Shown: positions 51,594-62,931 of the stretch, piece after piece
Layout of the letters: each line of letters starts with the position of its first letter
How positions within the stretch are numbered: position 1 is the first letter of the stretch
Origin: an uncultured candidate division Zixibacteria bacterium
GTDB taxonomy: Bacteria; Zixibacteria; MSB-5A5; GN15; FEB-12
Direction: 5' to 3'
Length of the DNA: 64,000 nt
Assembly: GCA_963806185.1 (NCBI GenBank)
Contig: CAWDXE010000008.1
Coordinates: 1-64,000, forward strand
Translations under genes and position numbers: made by a program
The notes under the pieces: generated by a model
What the model saw: only the letters and a program-made list of their open reading frames with translations
What the model was told of the DNA's origin: nothing
Databases searched by the model: none

Positions 51594-51974
51594 TCAATCG
51601 AAAAGGGAATCGAAGACGGAGTTGTCGCGCGACGGAATCCAGTCGACGGAAAAGCGATATTTTTGACGGTACTTGACCGTCTTCTCGAAAAGCGGCAGAA
51701 ACTCGTCGGGAATCGCCTCGCGACCGTTGAGTTGGTTGATCAGATTGAGATTGTCGCCGTATATGCTGAACGTATGGTTTGAGAAGTATTTCTGGTTGGA
51801 GTCGATAAACTCAAGGAGAGCCAGCAACGACGCCAGATCGTTGTGGTTCTTGTCGACCCCGGCAAACGGTGCTTTGAACCTGATACCAACATCCGGGATA
51901 TGAAAAATCACCACGGCCGACTTGCCGGCCGCTTCCGGATCCGGCAGCTCAACGGCGCCAAAAAAACAGTCCAT
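51594..51974 (-). CDS. RNase HI-like protein with degenerate active site
   Basis: 'N...ASLLALLE', IYGD..L.INQLNG, 'L.PL', WIP.R.N...D pattern of RNase HI-like domains; first catalytic Asp absent. Confidence 0.65.
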   Translation of the reverse strand: MDCFFGAVELPDPEAAGKSAVVIFHIPDVGIRFKAPFAGVDKNHNDLASLLALLEFIDSNQKYFSNHTFSIYGDNLNLINQLNGREAIPDEFLPLFEKTVKYRQKYRFSVDWIPSRDNSVFDSLFD

Positions 51975-52137
51975 GCCTCAAGACAAGGCAAGCCGTATGC
52001 CCTTACCGACCGACCAAGCGAGGACTCGTCCGGTTCAAATTACCCATTGTCAAACAACAGCTTAGCCAAGCCGAACCAACTATGGTCACGCCGCCAGTGC
52101 AACCTGGTTCACAGTTTTTGCTCCTGTGACCGTCATT

Positions 52138-53823
52138 CTACTTCTTCTTCCGGGCCGCCTTCCCCCCGGAAAACAGCGGCGGATGAAGCTGGTGAAACCC
52201 CGTCGCTTCCTGATATGCCCGTGCCACCGCCAGCACCGTCGCCTCATCATATAACTTCCCCAAAAACGTGATACTGACCGGTTTTCCCGTCGAATCAAAC
52301 CCGTTTGGCACCACCACGCACGGATTGCTTGTCAAATTGGTCAAAAGTAGATTATTCCCCGAAAACGCCGGCGCCACATACACGTCGATCGTGTCCATCA
52401 ACCGCCCCATCTCCTCGATCATCTTCGTCCGGAACCTGTTCGCCTGGATGTACTCCACCGCCGGCACCAATCGGGCCGCGCGAAAGACATTGGGCCAGGC
52501 GTCCCGTACCTGCCGCACCAGAAGGGTATCCCGGTCCGATCGAGTCAACTCGTCAAATGCCGCTGCCGCTTCCAGCATGCAGTATGAGTGCCATCGCTTC
52601 GATTGGCGCCTTGGGCAGACTGATCTCATGCAGCTGCACTCCCATCTTGCGCAGCGCATCAAGCCCGGCCATGTCCTGCGCCAGCATCGGCGTATCGTTG
52701 GCGAAATCTTCCTTCAAATATCCTATCCGCAACTTCGTGATATCAATGGTCGGCGTATAGTTGTAGGCAGCACTGATCAACGACGGATCAACTTTGTCCG
52801 GCCCGATGATCGCATCAAACACCACCGCGCAATCCTCTACCGACCGGCAGATCGGTCCGATCTTGTCCATCGACCACGACAATGCCATCGCCCCTGTCCG
52901 ACTCACCCGACCGTAGGTCGGACGCAGCCCGGTCGTCCCGCATACGGTCGACGGCGACACGATCGATCCCCATGTCTCTGTCCCAATCGCAAACGGCAAG
53001 CAATCCTGCCGATACGGCCGATGCTGATCCCGCCGATGATCCGCTCGACCCTTCCGCCGTATCCCACGGATTGCGCGTCATTGCGCCATACCAGACATCA
53101 CCCCACGCCAACTCCCCCATCGACATCTTGGCGACCAGGATCGCCCCGGCGGAATCCAGTTTCCTGAATCACCGTCGCATCCTCGTCGATCACCTGATCT
53201 TTGTACGGCACCGATCCCCAGGTCGTCTTGTACCCCTTCACCGCCAGCAGGTCTTTGGCCCCATACGGAATGCCATGCAGCGGCCCGATGTAATGCCCTG
53301 CCGCAATCGCCCCGTCTACCATCGCTGCGCGTTCCAGCGCCCGCTTCTCGGTCAGGGTGATGACGCAATGAAGCACCGGATCATACTTCTTCAATCGATC
53401 TATGAAGAGCTGCGTGAGCTGCACCGATGTCACCTGCCTGGTCCGAATCAACTCACCAAGCTGCCTGACTGTGTAAAACGCCAGATCATCCATCTTTTTG
53501 GGCATCGCCACCGGCTCGATCGGACTCAGTTCAATCGGGCGGTCATCAGTCTTGACGACAAATCCGACCGGTCTCGGATTAAACTGCACTGCCGGCCAAA
53601 CTTGATTGGGAATATTCAGCGCGTGCAGTTTTGCATACGACCGGAGATAATCGCGCAGGTCGCCGAGCATGCTGTCGCGCTGGGCGGGAGTGAAGCTGAT
53701 ATCAATCAAATCCTCGTATGCCGCAACCTTGTCAGGCACGACTTTCATCGTGTCCTGGGCCTTCAGGGTTCCTGCCATGAACAGCATGGCCGCAAAGAGC
53801 AGGAATTCTCCAAGTATCTTCAT
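52138..53823 (-). CDS. Secreted amidase-signature enzyme, three frameshifts (near 53165, 52998, 52575)
   Basis: GPLHGIPYGAKDL, GSSGSSAGSA, IGTETWGSI.SP...CG.TGLRPT.GRVS spread over four consecutive overlapping ORFs. Confidence 0.87.
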
Positions 53824-53834
53824 CGCCGCTCTCC

Positions 53835-54980
53835 TTATGGCAACCTCTCATACAACCGCACTGCAAATCTATCCGTCATCCCGGCTATGTAGTCCGCAAT
53901 CACCCGTTCCTTCTGCTCCGTCAGAAGCATCTCCTGATACCGTGGCGGCATCATGTCCGGGTAATCGTTCAACTTCGCGTAGAGCGTTTCCAGGATTTCC
54001 CGCGCCCACTCCGCCAGACGCTGCAATCTCTCGTGACGGTACAGCTTCTCTTTAAGCAGGCTCTTCAACTCCGACACATGCCCCTGCATCCCGTCGGAGT
54101 AGCGGCAAATCCGCTCCGTCGACGCTCGCAGTGCGCTCACCGACGTTATTGCCTGTGCGGCGATCTGACGGTCGGTCTCGGCCAGCACATCACTCGCCAC
54201 CACGTTCACCAGCCAACGTACCAACGTATGCCTCCTCTGGTCCGAAAGTCGCTGACTGTCGACACTATCGAAGAGCCCCTGAGACAGCGGCGGTACGTCG
54301 ATCGACCAGATTGACAGGTCTCGCAAATCGGCCAGCGAAATGATTCCCGCCCGCACGCCGTCATCGATGTCATGCGCGTTGTACGCGATCTCATCGGCGA
54401 TATCCACCAGCGATGCTTCCAGCGTCGGCCGCTCCTGCGGCTTGAATTCTGCAGGTATCGACTTGTGCTTGCTCTCGTGCTTGACGATCCCCTCGCGCAC
54501 TTCGTACGTAAGATTCAACCCCGGATGATCATCATACCGCTCTTCGAGCAATTCCACGACTCGTAGTGACTGCAGATTGTGATTGAACCCGCCATGGTCG
54601 GCCAGCAGGTCGGCTAGCACATCCTCACCCGCATGTCCAAACGGCGTATGACCCAGATCATGCACCAGCGCAATCGCCTCGGTCAAATCCTCATTCAGCC
54701 CCAAATTCCGAGCCAGCGTCCGGCTGATCTGCGCCACTTCAATAGTGTGCGTCAATCGGGTCCGGAAGTGATCCCCTTCATGCGGCAGAAAGACCTGCGT
54801 CTTGAATTCCATCCGCCGAAACGCCGAACAATGGATGATCCGATCCCGGTCACGCTGAAACGCGGTCCGCAGCGGATGCGGCGGAATCGGATACGCCCGC
54901 CCGCGCGACTCGGCCGCCCGCGCCGCGTAGGGGGCGAGATCGCGCCGCTCCCGAAGTTCTATATCCTCGCGTCTATTCAA
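53835..54980 (-). CDS. dgt: Deoxyguanosinetriphosphate triphosphohydrolase (HD family)
   Basis: FQRDRDRI, FRR..KTQV, RTRLTH, HDLGHTPFGH.GE, DYIAGMTD; TTG start behind a GGAGGG RBS. Confidence 0.93.
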   Translation of the reverse strand: MNRREDIELRERRDLAPYAARAAESRGRAYPIPPHPLRTAFQRDRDRIIHCSAFRRMEFKTQVFLPHEGDHFRTRLTHTIEVAQISRTLARNLGLNEDLTEAIALVHDLGHTPFGHAGEDVLADLLADHGGFNHNLQSLRVVELLEERYDDHPGLNLTYEVREGIVKHESKHKSIPAEFKPQERPTLEASLVDIADEIAYNAHDIDDGVRAGIISLADLRDLSIWSIDVPPLSQGLFDSVDSQRLSDQRRHTLVRWLVNVVASDVLAETDRQIAAQAITSVSALRASTERICRYSDGMQGHVSELKSLLKEKLYRHERLQRLAEWAREILETLYAKLNDYPDMMPPRYQEMLLTEQKERVIADYIAGMTDRFAVRLYERLP

Positions 54981-55809
54981 ATTCCCCTCCGGTCGTACGA
55001 CGCACCGGCCGCGGCCCGACACTGAATCCCACCGTATGCGTCAGGCCAAGCGCCGGATGAATGGACACCAGATACGAGAGCGAAATCGACCGCACACCAA
55101 TATCGAAGCCGCCACCATACTCGAGCGGCTCAGTCGAAATCCCCCAGTGCAGCCCGGCCGTCGGTGACAACGGTATCCTTTGCCCCAGGGAAAGCCGAGG
55201 ATCGGCTCCCTTCACAAATCGCCCATTGACCTGCGTCGAAATACTCCCCTTACCGATCAATTCACCGTGCAAATTGCAGGTAATCTCGGTCTTATCGCCG
55301 CCATCTTCCAGTGACGGGCGCGTCAGATTGTCCAGTGCCAGCGCCAGGAACAGCTTCTGAAACCGCACGGCGCCGCCGACCCCGATCGTTGCGGCATCAA
55401 GCCCGGCATAACCGGCGCCAAATTCAATCTTCTCGACCGATCCGGTCAATCCGAACACGTATCGCTGATAATTCCACGCCACCGTTCCCTTGAATATCTT
55501 CTCCGCATACAATTCGGATTTCCCGAACTGCGATCCGCCCAACGCAAAGGTCACCTGCTTCCACCGGTAGGCCCCGGCCATGTACATTTGATCCAGATCG
55601 CTCAGCTCAAACCGGCGGTTGTACCCTACATCAAACCGATACTCACCGATCCCGATCCCCCCGGTCGGCACCGACGCCAGGTCGAGTCCGGTCGACTGCG
55701 ACAGGAGGATCGCCCTTCCCGCTCCCGGCCCGCGCGAGGACACCAAGTCAAACGACCGCGCAGTGATTGACGCGAGAAGCAAAGCGAGTATGATGATGAC
55801 AATTCTCAT
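54973..55809 (-). CDS. Putative outer-membrane beta-barrel (PorV/PorP-like)
   Basis: Signal peptide, alternating amphipathic strands, 'HP.LG.TH' near the C-terminus; follows a T9SS-type cargo gene. Confidence 0.6.
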   Translation of the reverse strand: MRIVIIILALLLASITARSFDLVSSRGPGAGRAILLSQSTGLDLASVPTGGIGIGEYRFDVGYNRRFELSDLDQMYMAGAYRWKQVTFALGGSQFGKSELYAEKIFKGTVAWNYQRYVFGLTGSVEKIEFGAGYAGLDAATIGVGGAVRFQKLFLALALDNLTRPSLEDGGDKTEITCNLHGELIGKGSISTQVNGRFVKGADPRLSLGQRIPLSPTAGLHWGISTEPLEYGGGFDIGVRSISLSYLVSIHPALGLTHTVGFSVGPRPVRRTTGGEFE

Positions 55810-57389
55810 GGCGCAATCACCACCGTCTTCTTGATCGATTCCACACCAACGCTATTGAAGTAAACAATATATATCCCCACCGGCTGGCGCACCCCGTCGT
55901 CTCCGCGCCCGTCCCAGCGATACTCCTCTTTCAGCGTGGAGGCATTGTCCTCCAGCACACGAACTTTTCGCCCCTCTCGATCATATATCTCGAGCGTGTA
56001 CCCTTCCGCAGCCGTAGCGGCCGCCGTGAGAACCGCCTCATCCTCGATTCCATCTCCATCCGGCGAAAATATCTGCGGAAGAATCGTCAATCCGATCCGC
56101 TCGCTGGCCGGCGTCGTCCGTATCGTGTTCGACCGCCCGGGCGTCCCGCCGCTCGAATCCGACCTCGCCCACTCCCCGTCGCCGCTCGGCGTCTCCTTGC
56201 GACTCAGCGTAACATTGTCCGTATACACCTCGGTGTATTGTCGGCGATCCCCCTCGTATCCAAACGTGTCCGTCAGCCGGGCGATGTCACCGCCGTCGTT
56301 CAGTTGCGCCCAATCGGACGGCTGGAACAACTGCCCATTGAAACTGGGGTAATAGGTCCGAAAAGCTGCGCTGTCCTCAGCGAGCACCAGATACTGCTGC
56401 GCCGCCACCTTGAACGATGAATTCGCTATCCGATACAAATTGAGCGCATCGCCGAGTTGCCAGCCGCTGATGTCAATCGAGTCGGTGTATACGTTGTGAA
56501 TCTCGACCCACTCCGACGTCAGTCCCGCTTCCGGATTCGGCAAGATCTCGTTCAACCGAACCGGCGGGAAATCCCTTCCCGGCGCTACAATAAACGCCGA
56601 GTCGTTGCGCGCCCGATCATCCGATCCCACCCTCCCCACCAGCGGCGCGTACAGTTCGGGCAGGTCATACCGCACGGCCAGCAGTGAGCTGTACCCGGTA
56701 TCAATCGGCTGCAAGAATTCAAATGTGATCAGACTATCGGCCGACACACTCCCCGGCTTCTGGTAATAAAGTGAAACCGTGCCGTTGCTGATCGTCACCA
56801 GACTCCGATTCGTAACAAAGTAACTAATGACCGTCCCGTCCCCCTCAAACGCTGCCTTCAGTGAATCAAGCGACAGATCATTGGGCAGTGGCGTCACCGA
56901 ATTGACATACCCCGGCGTCGCATGCGCATAGTCCACCGATTGTCGCACGACATTCGAACCGGACTGGGTGCGCTCCCACGAGTATCCATCTTTCCCCGCC
57001 GTCGTCCACCAGAGCTGTGACTCGACCGTCGTCAACAACACCACGGTGACCGTATCGGCACTGTTCGTCAGCGAGAAGGAGCCCTCCATCAGCCGGTATG
57101 TCGGAATGCCCGCCCCCTGCCAGGCCGCCTTAAATGCCAGCGAATCGGCGGCGAGAATCAGATACTGCCCCGCCCCAATCGAGCCGTTGAGTGATAGCGA
57201 TGAGGTCCCGATGAGCACAGAATAGAAACCGAGATTGATGGACGCCGCCCCATCATTGTACAGCTCGATCCACTCCAGAGCGGTGTTGCTCCCCGGCTCG
57301 TTCGCCATTGCTTCGTTGACCACGACACGCGCCGCAACCGTCGAGGACAGGACCAACAAGAGGAGTACTAAGACCGCAAACCGTTTCAT
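55806..57389 (-). CDS. Secreted protein with two lamin-tail domains and type B/FlgD-like C-terminal domain
   Basis: Two 'NE...NP.....EW.E..N ... TPG..N' units; FSPDGDG..D, IYD..G, WDG, GIYIV. Confidence 0.87.
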   Translation of the reverse strand: MKRFAVLVLLLLVLSSTVAARVVVNEAMANEPGSNTALEWIELYNDGAASINLGFYSVLIGTSSLSLNGSIGAGQYLILAADSLAFKAAWQGAGIPTYRLMEGSFSLTNSADTVTVVLLTTVESQLWWTTAGKDGYSWERTQSGSNVVRQSVDYAHATPGYVNSVTPLPNDLSLDSLKAAFEGDGTVISYFVTNRSLVTISNGTVSLYYQKPGSVSADSLITFEFLQPIDTGYSSLLAVRYDLPELYAPLVGRVGSDDRARNDSAFIVAPGRDFPPVRLNEILPNPEAGLTSEWVEIHNVYTDSIDISGWQLGDALNLYRIANSSFKVAAQQYLVLAEDSAAFRTYYPSFNGQLFQPSDWAQLNDGGDIARLTDTFGYEGDRRQYTEVYTDNVTLSRKETPSGDGEWARSDSSGGTPGRSNTIRTTPASERIGLTILPQIFSPDGDGIEDEAVLTAAATAAEGYTLEIYDREGRKVRVLEDNASTLKEEYRWDGRGDDGVRQPVGIYIVYFNSVGVESIKKTVVIAP

Positions 57390-57394
57390 CGCTT

Positions 57395-59020
57395 TCAGAA
57401 CCTCGAAATGCCTTCGAGCACGATTGTCGTGCTTCGCTTCTGCACTTCAGCACGACGATAGCTCTGCGCCAGCTTAACGCCAACTGAAAAATGCTCGATC
57501 AATTCCTGCTCGCTCCGAACAAAACCATACCAGTATGCCAGTCTACCGCTTTCGATCCGGCCGAAGTTCGACCATGCCTCCACCAGACCGAAGCTTTCCT
57601 GCTCGTAGCGCAATGATGTAAACACCGTCCAGTAATCGTTCCTGTCCGTCTGCGTCGTATATCCCACGTAGCCGCGTACGTTGAGTCGACTGCCCCGATA
57701 TCTCGCTTCAAGCCGACTCCGTTGGCGATCCGCATCCCCATCTTCGCCCGGCTCGAACTTCCGTGCCCGCCGCCCTTCTGTCTCCACCTTCAGGGCCACT
57801 TGCCGGGAGAGATCGCGGCTGACACCTGCTGATATTTCCAGCAACGATGTATCCCGATTGAATGCCCCATACGCCAAACCCACGTCCAGACGCCAATCGT
57901 CAATCGGTTCCGTCGCAAACTTGATGATCCCGCCGCTCTGGCCCGCGCGACGCGTCGTGCCCGTGAATGCAGTTTCCTCGTCTGTCCAGTCGCGGTAGAC
58001 CCGCATCGCCTTGCTTCCACCTGTCAGGTCCGAGTACTTGTCACTGTATGCCCAGCCGGCGAGCCTGATATCCCCCCACGCCCCGCGCTGACTTCCTTCG
58101 ACTACGCCACTGATCGATGACGAGTGCTCTTCTCCCTGACCTGCCAACTCTGCCTCAATTGCCCCCGAGCGGTGTAGCCACCGCACATTTAGCCCAAGGG
58201 AACTGATCGTTGAATGTCCATCCGTCGATCTGTTCCTCAAGCGCGTGACACTCGCCAGTACCGACGGCTGAATGCCCTTCCGCTGCATTGTCGCGACACC
58301 CGCTGCTGTGCTGATCGCATACCCGGTGTCCCGCACCTGTGACACCAGCCCTTTCCACAGCACTCCACCCGACTTCCCCTCTGCCAGCACACCGTTGTAA
58401 CCCCCATTATCCGGATACAACCAGGACTCCCCGCTTATCCTCGCTTCATAGTCCAGCAGTTTGCCGCGATGGCCGATCACCGTCCCCAAACCAAACCGCC
58501 CGGTAAATCCACCCACGACCACTCTGCGAAGCTGTCCTTCGGCATGTCGATACTCCAGATTCCGCTGCGTTATTCGCTCGCGCCCGGAGTATTCCCGCTG
58601 CACCTGCAACCGCGCAAACCAGCGATCGTCAAGGGACAGTCGCACCGAAGTCCGGTACCGACTCCGCTTTTCACCGTTCGCCTCAACTCCGGCTCGGTGT
58701 GAGATAAGGCCGCCCCACCCATGCGCATCTGGCGCAGTCAACGCAAATGGCCGGACCTGATCCGCCGTTAGCAGGTCAAGCGTGTCGTCCGGCTGTCGCA
58801 GCGCCAGGTTCGGGATATCATCGAACAGATACGTCTCCCACGGCGTGACGCCAAACGCCAGACACTCCAGCAATATCAGGTATTGCTGGTAATCAATCTC
58901 CCCTTCGCGCCATGCCTCGTATACTTCGTCTTCCGAGGAAAGCACGACTGACGATAATTCCTGCCCCATGCCGGCACCCGCCAGCAGGAACATCATGATG
59001 ACAACGCCCGTGTAGCGCAC
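57395..59020 (-). CDS. Putative outer-membrane beta-barrel protein
   Basis: Signal peptide, 'G.F...FG.G.V' motif, amphipathic strands, terminal Phe. Confidence 0.65.
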   Translation of the reverse strand: MRYTGVVIMMFLLAGAGMGQELSSVVLSSEDEVYEAWREGEIDYQQYLILLECLAFGVTPWETYLFDDIPNLALRQPDDTLDLLTADQVRPFALTAPDAHGWGGLISHRAGVEANGEKRSRYRTSVRLSLDDRWFARLQVQREYSGRERITQRNLEYRHAEGQLRRVVVGGFTGRFGLGTVIGHRGKLLDYEARISGESWLYPDNGGYNGVLAEGKSGGVLWKGLVSQVRDTGYAISTAAGVATMQRKGIQPSVLASVTRLRNRSTDGHSTISSLGLNVRWLHRSGAIEAELAGQGEEHSSSISGVVEGSQRGAWGDIRLAGWAYSDKYSDLTGGSKAMRVYRDWTDEETAFTGTTRRAGQSGGIIKFATEPIDDWRLDVGLAYGAFNRDTSLLEISAGVSRDLSRQVALKVETEGRRARKFEPGEDGDADRQRSRLEARYRGSRLNVRGYVGYTTQTDRNDYWTVFTSLRYEQESFGLVEAWSNFGRIESGRLAYWYGFVRSEQELIEHFSVGVKLAQSYRRAEVQKRSTTIVLEGISRF

Positions 59021-59028
59021 GACTGCCG

Positions 59029-60456
59029 CTAATTCAGTTTATACCTGGTCAGCTTGCGATATAATGTCCGCTCGCCAATGCCGAGCTTGCGAGCGGTGAG
59101 TTTGCGATTGCCTCTATTGTCGCGAAGTACCTTTTCGATCAAGGCACGTTCCATCGCCTCCATACTTGTCTCGTCACCCTGCGCCGGGACCACCACGTCT
59201 GTCCCGATCGACCCCTCGCTCGGCAAGTGGGCCGTTATCAGATCGCGCAAAAGACGAACTTCATTCCCCAACGACAAAATTGCCCGGTAGATCAATTCCT
59301 GCCCGGCCTCTTCCACCGAACGTCCGGTCGCCACTGGTACATTCGACGCCACCGCATGCTGCTCGGTGACGAATCTTTCCACATCGTCAATCTCCACCAA
59401 TGCCCCCGGCTTGAGCGCCGCCATCCGGGTGGCGAAATTGCGCAGTTGCCGTACGTTGCCCGGCCAGTCGTAGCGCGAAAGTGTTTCCAGCGCCGAATCG
59501 GTGATGCTTATCTTGGTCTCACGCCAGAAATGCTGTAAGAGCGCCGGAATGTCTCCCCTCCGCTCATACAATGACGGCAACACCAGCTTCACGACACTGA
59601 TTCTGAAATAGAGATCCTCCCGAAACTGCCGCTCGGCGATTGCCTCCGTCAAATCGCGGTTGGTCGCCGCTACGACCCGGACGTTGGCGCGACGGGGTGT
59701 CGACGACCCCACCGGATAGTACGTCCCATCCTCGAGCACCCGCAAAAGCTTCACTTGCGTGTCGGTCTTGGTTTCGCCGATCTCGTCGAGAAAAACCGTG
59801 CCTCCCTCGGCTTTGAAAAACAACCCCTCTCGCTTGGCTACCGAACCGGTGAACGCACCCTTCTCATGACCGAACAACTCGGATTCGAGCACTCCTTCAG
59901 CGAGCGCCCCGCAGTTGATCGCCACAAACGGATGCGAGCGACGGCCGGAGTCATTGTGCAACGCCCGCGCCACCAGCTCCTTACCCGAACCCGAGGCCCC
60001 CACAATCATCACCGATATGTCGGTCGGCGCCACCCGCTGGATCGTGCGGGCAATCCCCTTGATCTGCGACGATCGGCCAACTATTTGGTAACGATCCAGC
60101 AAGTCCTTGTCGTCGAGAATCTGATGAATTCGCTTGTCAATTCCCTCCTGGCCGACGTCGCGCGATATGATACCGTCGATAAATTCCCGGCGACTCTCGG
60201 GCACCGTCTGTGCCGACACCAGCCAGATTTCCGTCAGCCCGTGTGAACGGCGCAGCTTGGCCGCAACCGTGGCATTGATCTCCACACGGAGCTCGTCGAC
60301 CAGAATCAGGTCCACCCGCCGCTCTCGCACCGTCTGATACAGTTCCGACAGCTCGGTCACCACCGGGCCCAATTCGGCCCATGCGATTTCCCGCTCCGAC
60401 TTTCCCTGTTCGTTGGTGAATACGATGATCCTTGTGCGGCCGCTTGACTGACTCAC
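59029..60456 (-). CDS. Sigma54-dependent Fis-family transcriptional activator with atypical N-terminal domain
   Basis: [48 protein letters not shown]. Confidence 0.93.
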   Translation of the reverse strand: MSQSSGRTRIIVFTNEQGKSEREIAWAELGPVVTELSELYQTVRERRVDLILVDELRVEINATVAAKLRRSHGLTEIWLVSAQTVPESRREFIDGIISRDVGQEGIDKRIHQILDDKDLLDRYQIVGRSSQIKGIARTIQRVAPTDISVMIVGASGSGKELVARALHNDSGRRSHPFVAINCGALAEGVLESELFGHEKGAFTGSVAKREGLFFKAEGGTVFLDEIGETKTDTQVKLLRVLEDGTYYPVGSSTPRRANVRVVAATNRDLTEAIAERQFREDLYFRISVVKLVLPSLYERRGDIPALLQHFWRETKISITDSALETLSRYDWPGNVRQLRNFATRMAALKPGALVEIDDVERFVTEQHAVASNVPVATGRSVEEAGQELIYRAILSLGNEVRLLRDLITAHLPSEGSIGTDVVVPAQGDETSMEAMERALIEKVLRDNRGNRKLTARKLGIGERTLYRKLTRYKLN

Positions 60457-60458
60457 CT

Positions 60459-62681
60459 TTACTTCTTCTTTCTCAAACGGCGCACGGCGCGCTCCGCCTT
60501 GCGGCGAGCCTTCCGCTCGTTCACCATGCGCGTCCGCTCCTGCTTGGTCGGCTTCGGGATCTTCACCGCCTGCTTCTTGAGTACCTCAGGCAAGTACAGA
60601 TCAATCTCGCTCTGCACCGTGTCCACTTTCAGCACGCCCACGCGAACGGCGTCACCCAATCGGAATGATCGCTTCCCCCGCCGTCCGAAAATCCGGTAAT
60701 TGGGCTCATCGTACACATAGTAATCGTCGTCAATCGTCGATACCCGGACCAGTCCCTCGACCCCCATCTTGGACAGGCGAACAAAGAACCCGTACGGCAT
60801 CACTCCCGACACCACACCGTCATACTCCTCGCCGAGATGATTCGCCATGTAGGCTGCCTGCTTCACCTTCACCGCCTGCCGCTCGGCTTCCTCTGCCGCT
60901 CTTTCCGTCTCCGAGCAGTGCACACCCACGTGGTCGATGACACCATCGATTCGCCTGGCATACGTCGCCGGGTAACTCCCCTTCCGCCCCTTGCGCAACA
61001 GCCGGTGTACCAGGAGGTCCGGATACCGGCGTATCGGCGACGTAAAATGCGCGTAATGCGTAAACGCCAACCCGAAATGCCCGATATTCACCCGCTGATA
61101 AACCGCCTTCTTCATGGAGCGAAGCATCAGCTCGTTGATGAAATCCGACTCCGGCGTATCTTCCAGCTTCTTGAGGAAGCGGGCAAAGTGAATTGGCTTC
61201 AGATTCGGTGACACCGGGAAACTGTGTCCGAAGCGCTCGACGAGGGCCGAAAAACCCTCGAGTTTGTCCAGCGCCGGTTTGTCGTGGACACGGTAAAGAA
61301 AGGACAGCCCCTTGCGGAATTGCTCCAGCGCCACCGCCTTGTTCGCCGCCAGCATGAACTCTTCGATCAGCCGGTGTGACTCCAGTCGCACCCGACGTCC
61401 CAGATCAATTACCTCGCCTCGCTCATTCATGACAATCTTCGATTCCGGCAAATCGAAATCGAGCGACCCCTCCGCAAACCGCCGACTGGTGAGAATAGTC
61501 GCCAGTTCACGTGCGAGCACAAGACTGTCCGCGATCGGTTTTGTCTTTGGCGTCATCGCCCCCGTGTCAAAAAACCCCTGCACCTCTTCGTAACTCAGCT
61601 TCGCTCGCGACTCAATCACCGTATCCGCCAACCCCCAGCGGAGCATCTTTCCTTTCGTGTCAAACTCCATGGTACAGGTAAACGCCAACCGCCGTCGATC
61701 CGGCCGCAGCGAACACACATCGTTCGAAAGAATCTCCGGCAGCATCGGCACTACCGTGCCCGGCAGATACACCGAGTTGCCGCGGTCAAACGCCTCCGTG
61801 TCCATCGCCGTGCCTTCCAGCACGTATGCCGACACGTCGGCAATATGCACACCGAGACGATAACCAACCGACGTTCGCGCAATCGATATGGCGTCATCGT
61901 GGTCCTTGGCGTCCTCCGGATCAATCGTGTACACGATCTCTTTCGTCAGATCGACTCGCCCTTCCGGAATCTCGCTCAAATCCGCAGCCGCCGCGGCCTG
62001 TTCTGCTTCGTTCAGCACCTCCACCGGAAATGTCTGCGGCAAGTCATATGTCCGCATCACCGTCAGCATGTCCACACCCGGATCGTTGGGGTATCCGAGA
62101 ATCTCGGTGATCCGCCCGATCGGATTCAGGTGCGGGTCGTCCCATTCCAGAAACTCTGCGACTACTTTCTGCCCCTCCTTCGCGTCCAGCGTATCATTCT
62201 CCATGAGATAGATATCGCGATGAATTCGCGGATTGTCGGGCACCACATACCGGAACTCGCGTGAACTCTTAAACAGCCCGACAATCAGCCGCTTGGCCCG
62301 TTCGATGACCCGCACGATCTGCCCGCGCTGACGACCGTTGATCTGGCCGTTCATTCGCACCATCACCTTGTCGCCATCCATAGCCGTGTGAAGATCAAAC
62401 GACGGGATCAGGATGTCTTCCTCCACCCCTTCGCGCACCAGAAAACCGGTTCCCGACCGCGTCATCTCCAGTTTGCCGATGACCACATTCAGCTCCCGCG
62501 ACTGACCAATGCGTCCCCGTTTAAGGTGCACCAGTTCGCCTTCATCTATTAGCTGTTTGACCGTCTTCCGAAATTGGGGGTAGTCCTCGCTGGATATCTC
62601 CAACGCGGCGGCCAACTCCTTGAGTCGCATCGGATGGCCGGCTTTGGCGGAGATAACGCGTAAGATAGTCTTGGGATCCAT
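60459..62681 (-). CDS. rnr: Ribonuclease R
   Basis: TIDPEDAKDHDDA, HIADVS, RGNSVY, IEEFMLAAN, HFTSPIRRYPDL, S1 domain, basic tail. Confidence 0.96.
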   Translation of the reverse strand: MDPKTILRVISAKAGHPMRLKELAAALEISSEDYPQFRKTVKQLIDEGELVHLKRGRIGQSRELNVVIGKLEMTRSGTGFLVREGVEEDILIPSFDLHTAMDGDKVMVRMNGQINGRQRGQIVRVIERAKRLIVGLFKSSREFRYVVPDNPRIHRDIYLMENDTLDAKEGQKVVAEFLEWDDPHLNPIGRITEILGYPNDPGVDMLTVMRTYDLPQTFPVEVLNEAEQAAAAADLSEIPEGRVDLTKEIVYTIDPEDAKDHDDAISIARTSVGYRLGVHIADVSAYVLEGTAMDTEAFDRGNSVYLPGTVVPMLPEILSNDVCSLRPDRRRLAFTCTMEFDTKGKMLRWGLADTVIESRAKLSYEEVQGFFDTGAMTPKTKPIADSLVLARELATILTSRRFAEGSLDFDLPESKIVMNERGEVIDLGRRVRLESHRLIEEFMLAANKAVALEQFRKGLSFLYRVHDKPALDKLEGFSALVERFGHSFPVSPNLKPIHFARFLKKLEDTPESDFINELMLRSMKKAVYQRVNIGHFGLAFTHYAHFTSPIRRYPDLLVHRLLRKGRKGSYPATYARRIDGVIDHVGVHCSETERAAEEAERQAVKVKQAAYMANHLGEEYDGVVSGVMPYGFFVRLSKMGVEGLVRVSTIDDDYYVYDEPNYRIFGRRGKRSFRLGDAVRVGVLKVDTVQSEIDLYLPEVLKKQAVKIPKPTKQERTRMVNERKARRKAERAVRRLRKKK

Positions 62682-62931
62682 GTGCATGTCAAAAACATAC
62701 GGGCCAACTTCCTGCCCGTCAACGGAAATCGTAACTGACCGGCCAAAATGGCATAGTGACAAATAGTGACAATGCGCCCGGTCTGCCGCCGGCTATTCCG
62801 CTTTGCCTAGAACTATTCATGGACATTATCGGTACAAATATTCCATATTGCCCATGCGGCTTCTTCGGCCGTTCGATCACCGTCTCAACCCGTTGCCCCG
62901 GATGCGGTGTGCGCTCCGGAAAGGAGTTCGT

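Noticed and set aside
50557..53823. Programmed frameshifting in holA or the amidase
   Set aside because: No slippery heptamers noticed at the junctions, and similar breaks occur in unrelated genes; assembly error is simpler
52138..53823. Amidase as gatA partner of gatC
   Set aside because: Has a signal peptide and ETWGSI rather than the GatA DTGGSIR motif
62753..62772. Tandem ATAGTGACAA x2 between rnr and the AhpD-like gene
   Set aside because: Only two 10-bp units; could be an operator or chance, with no further support
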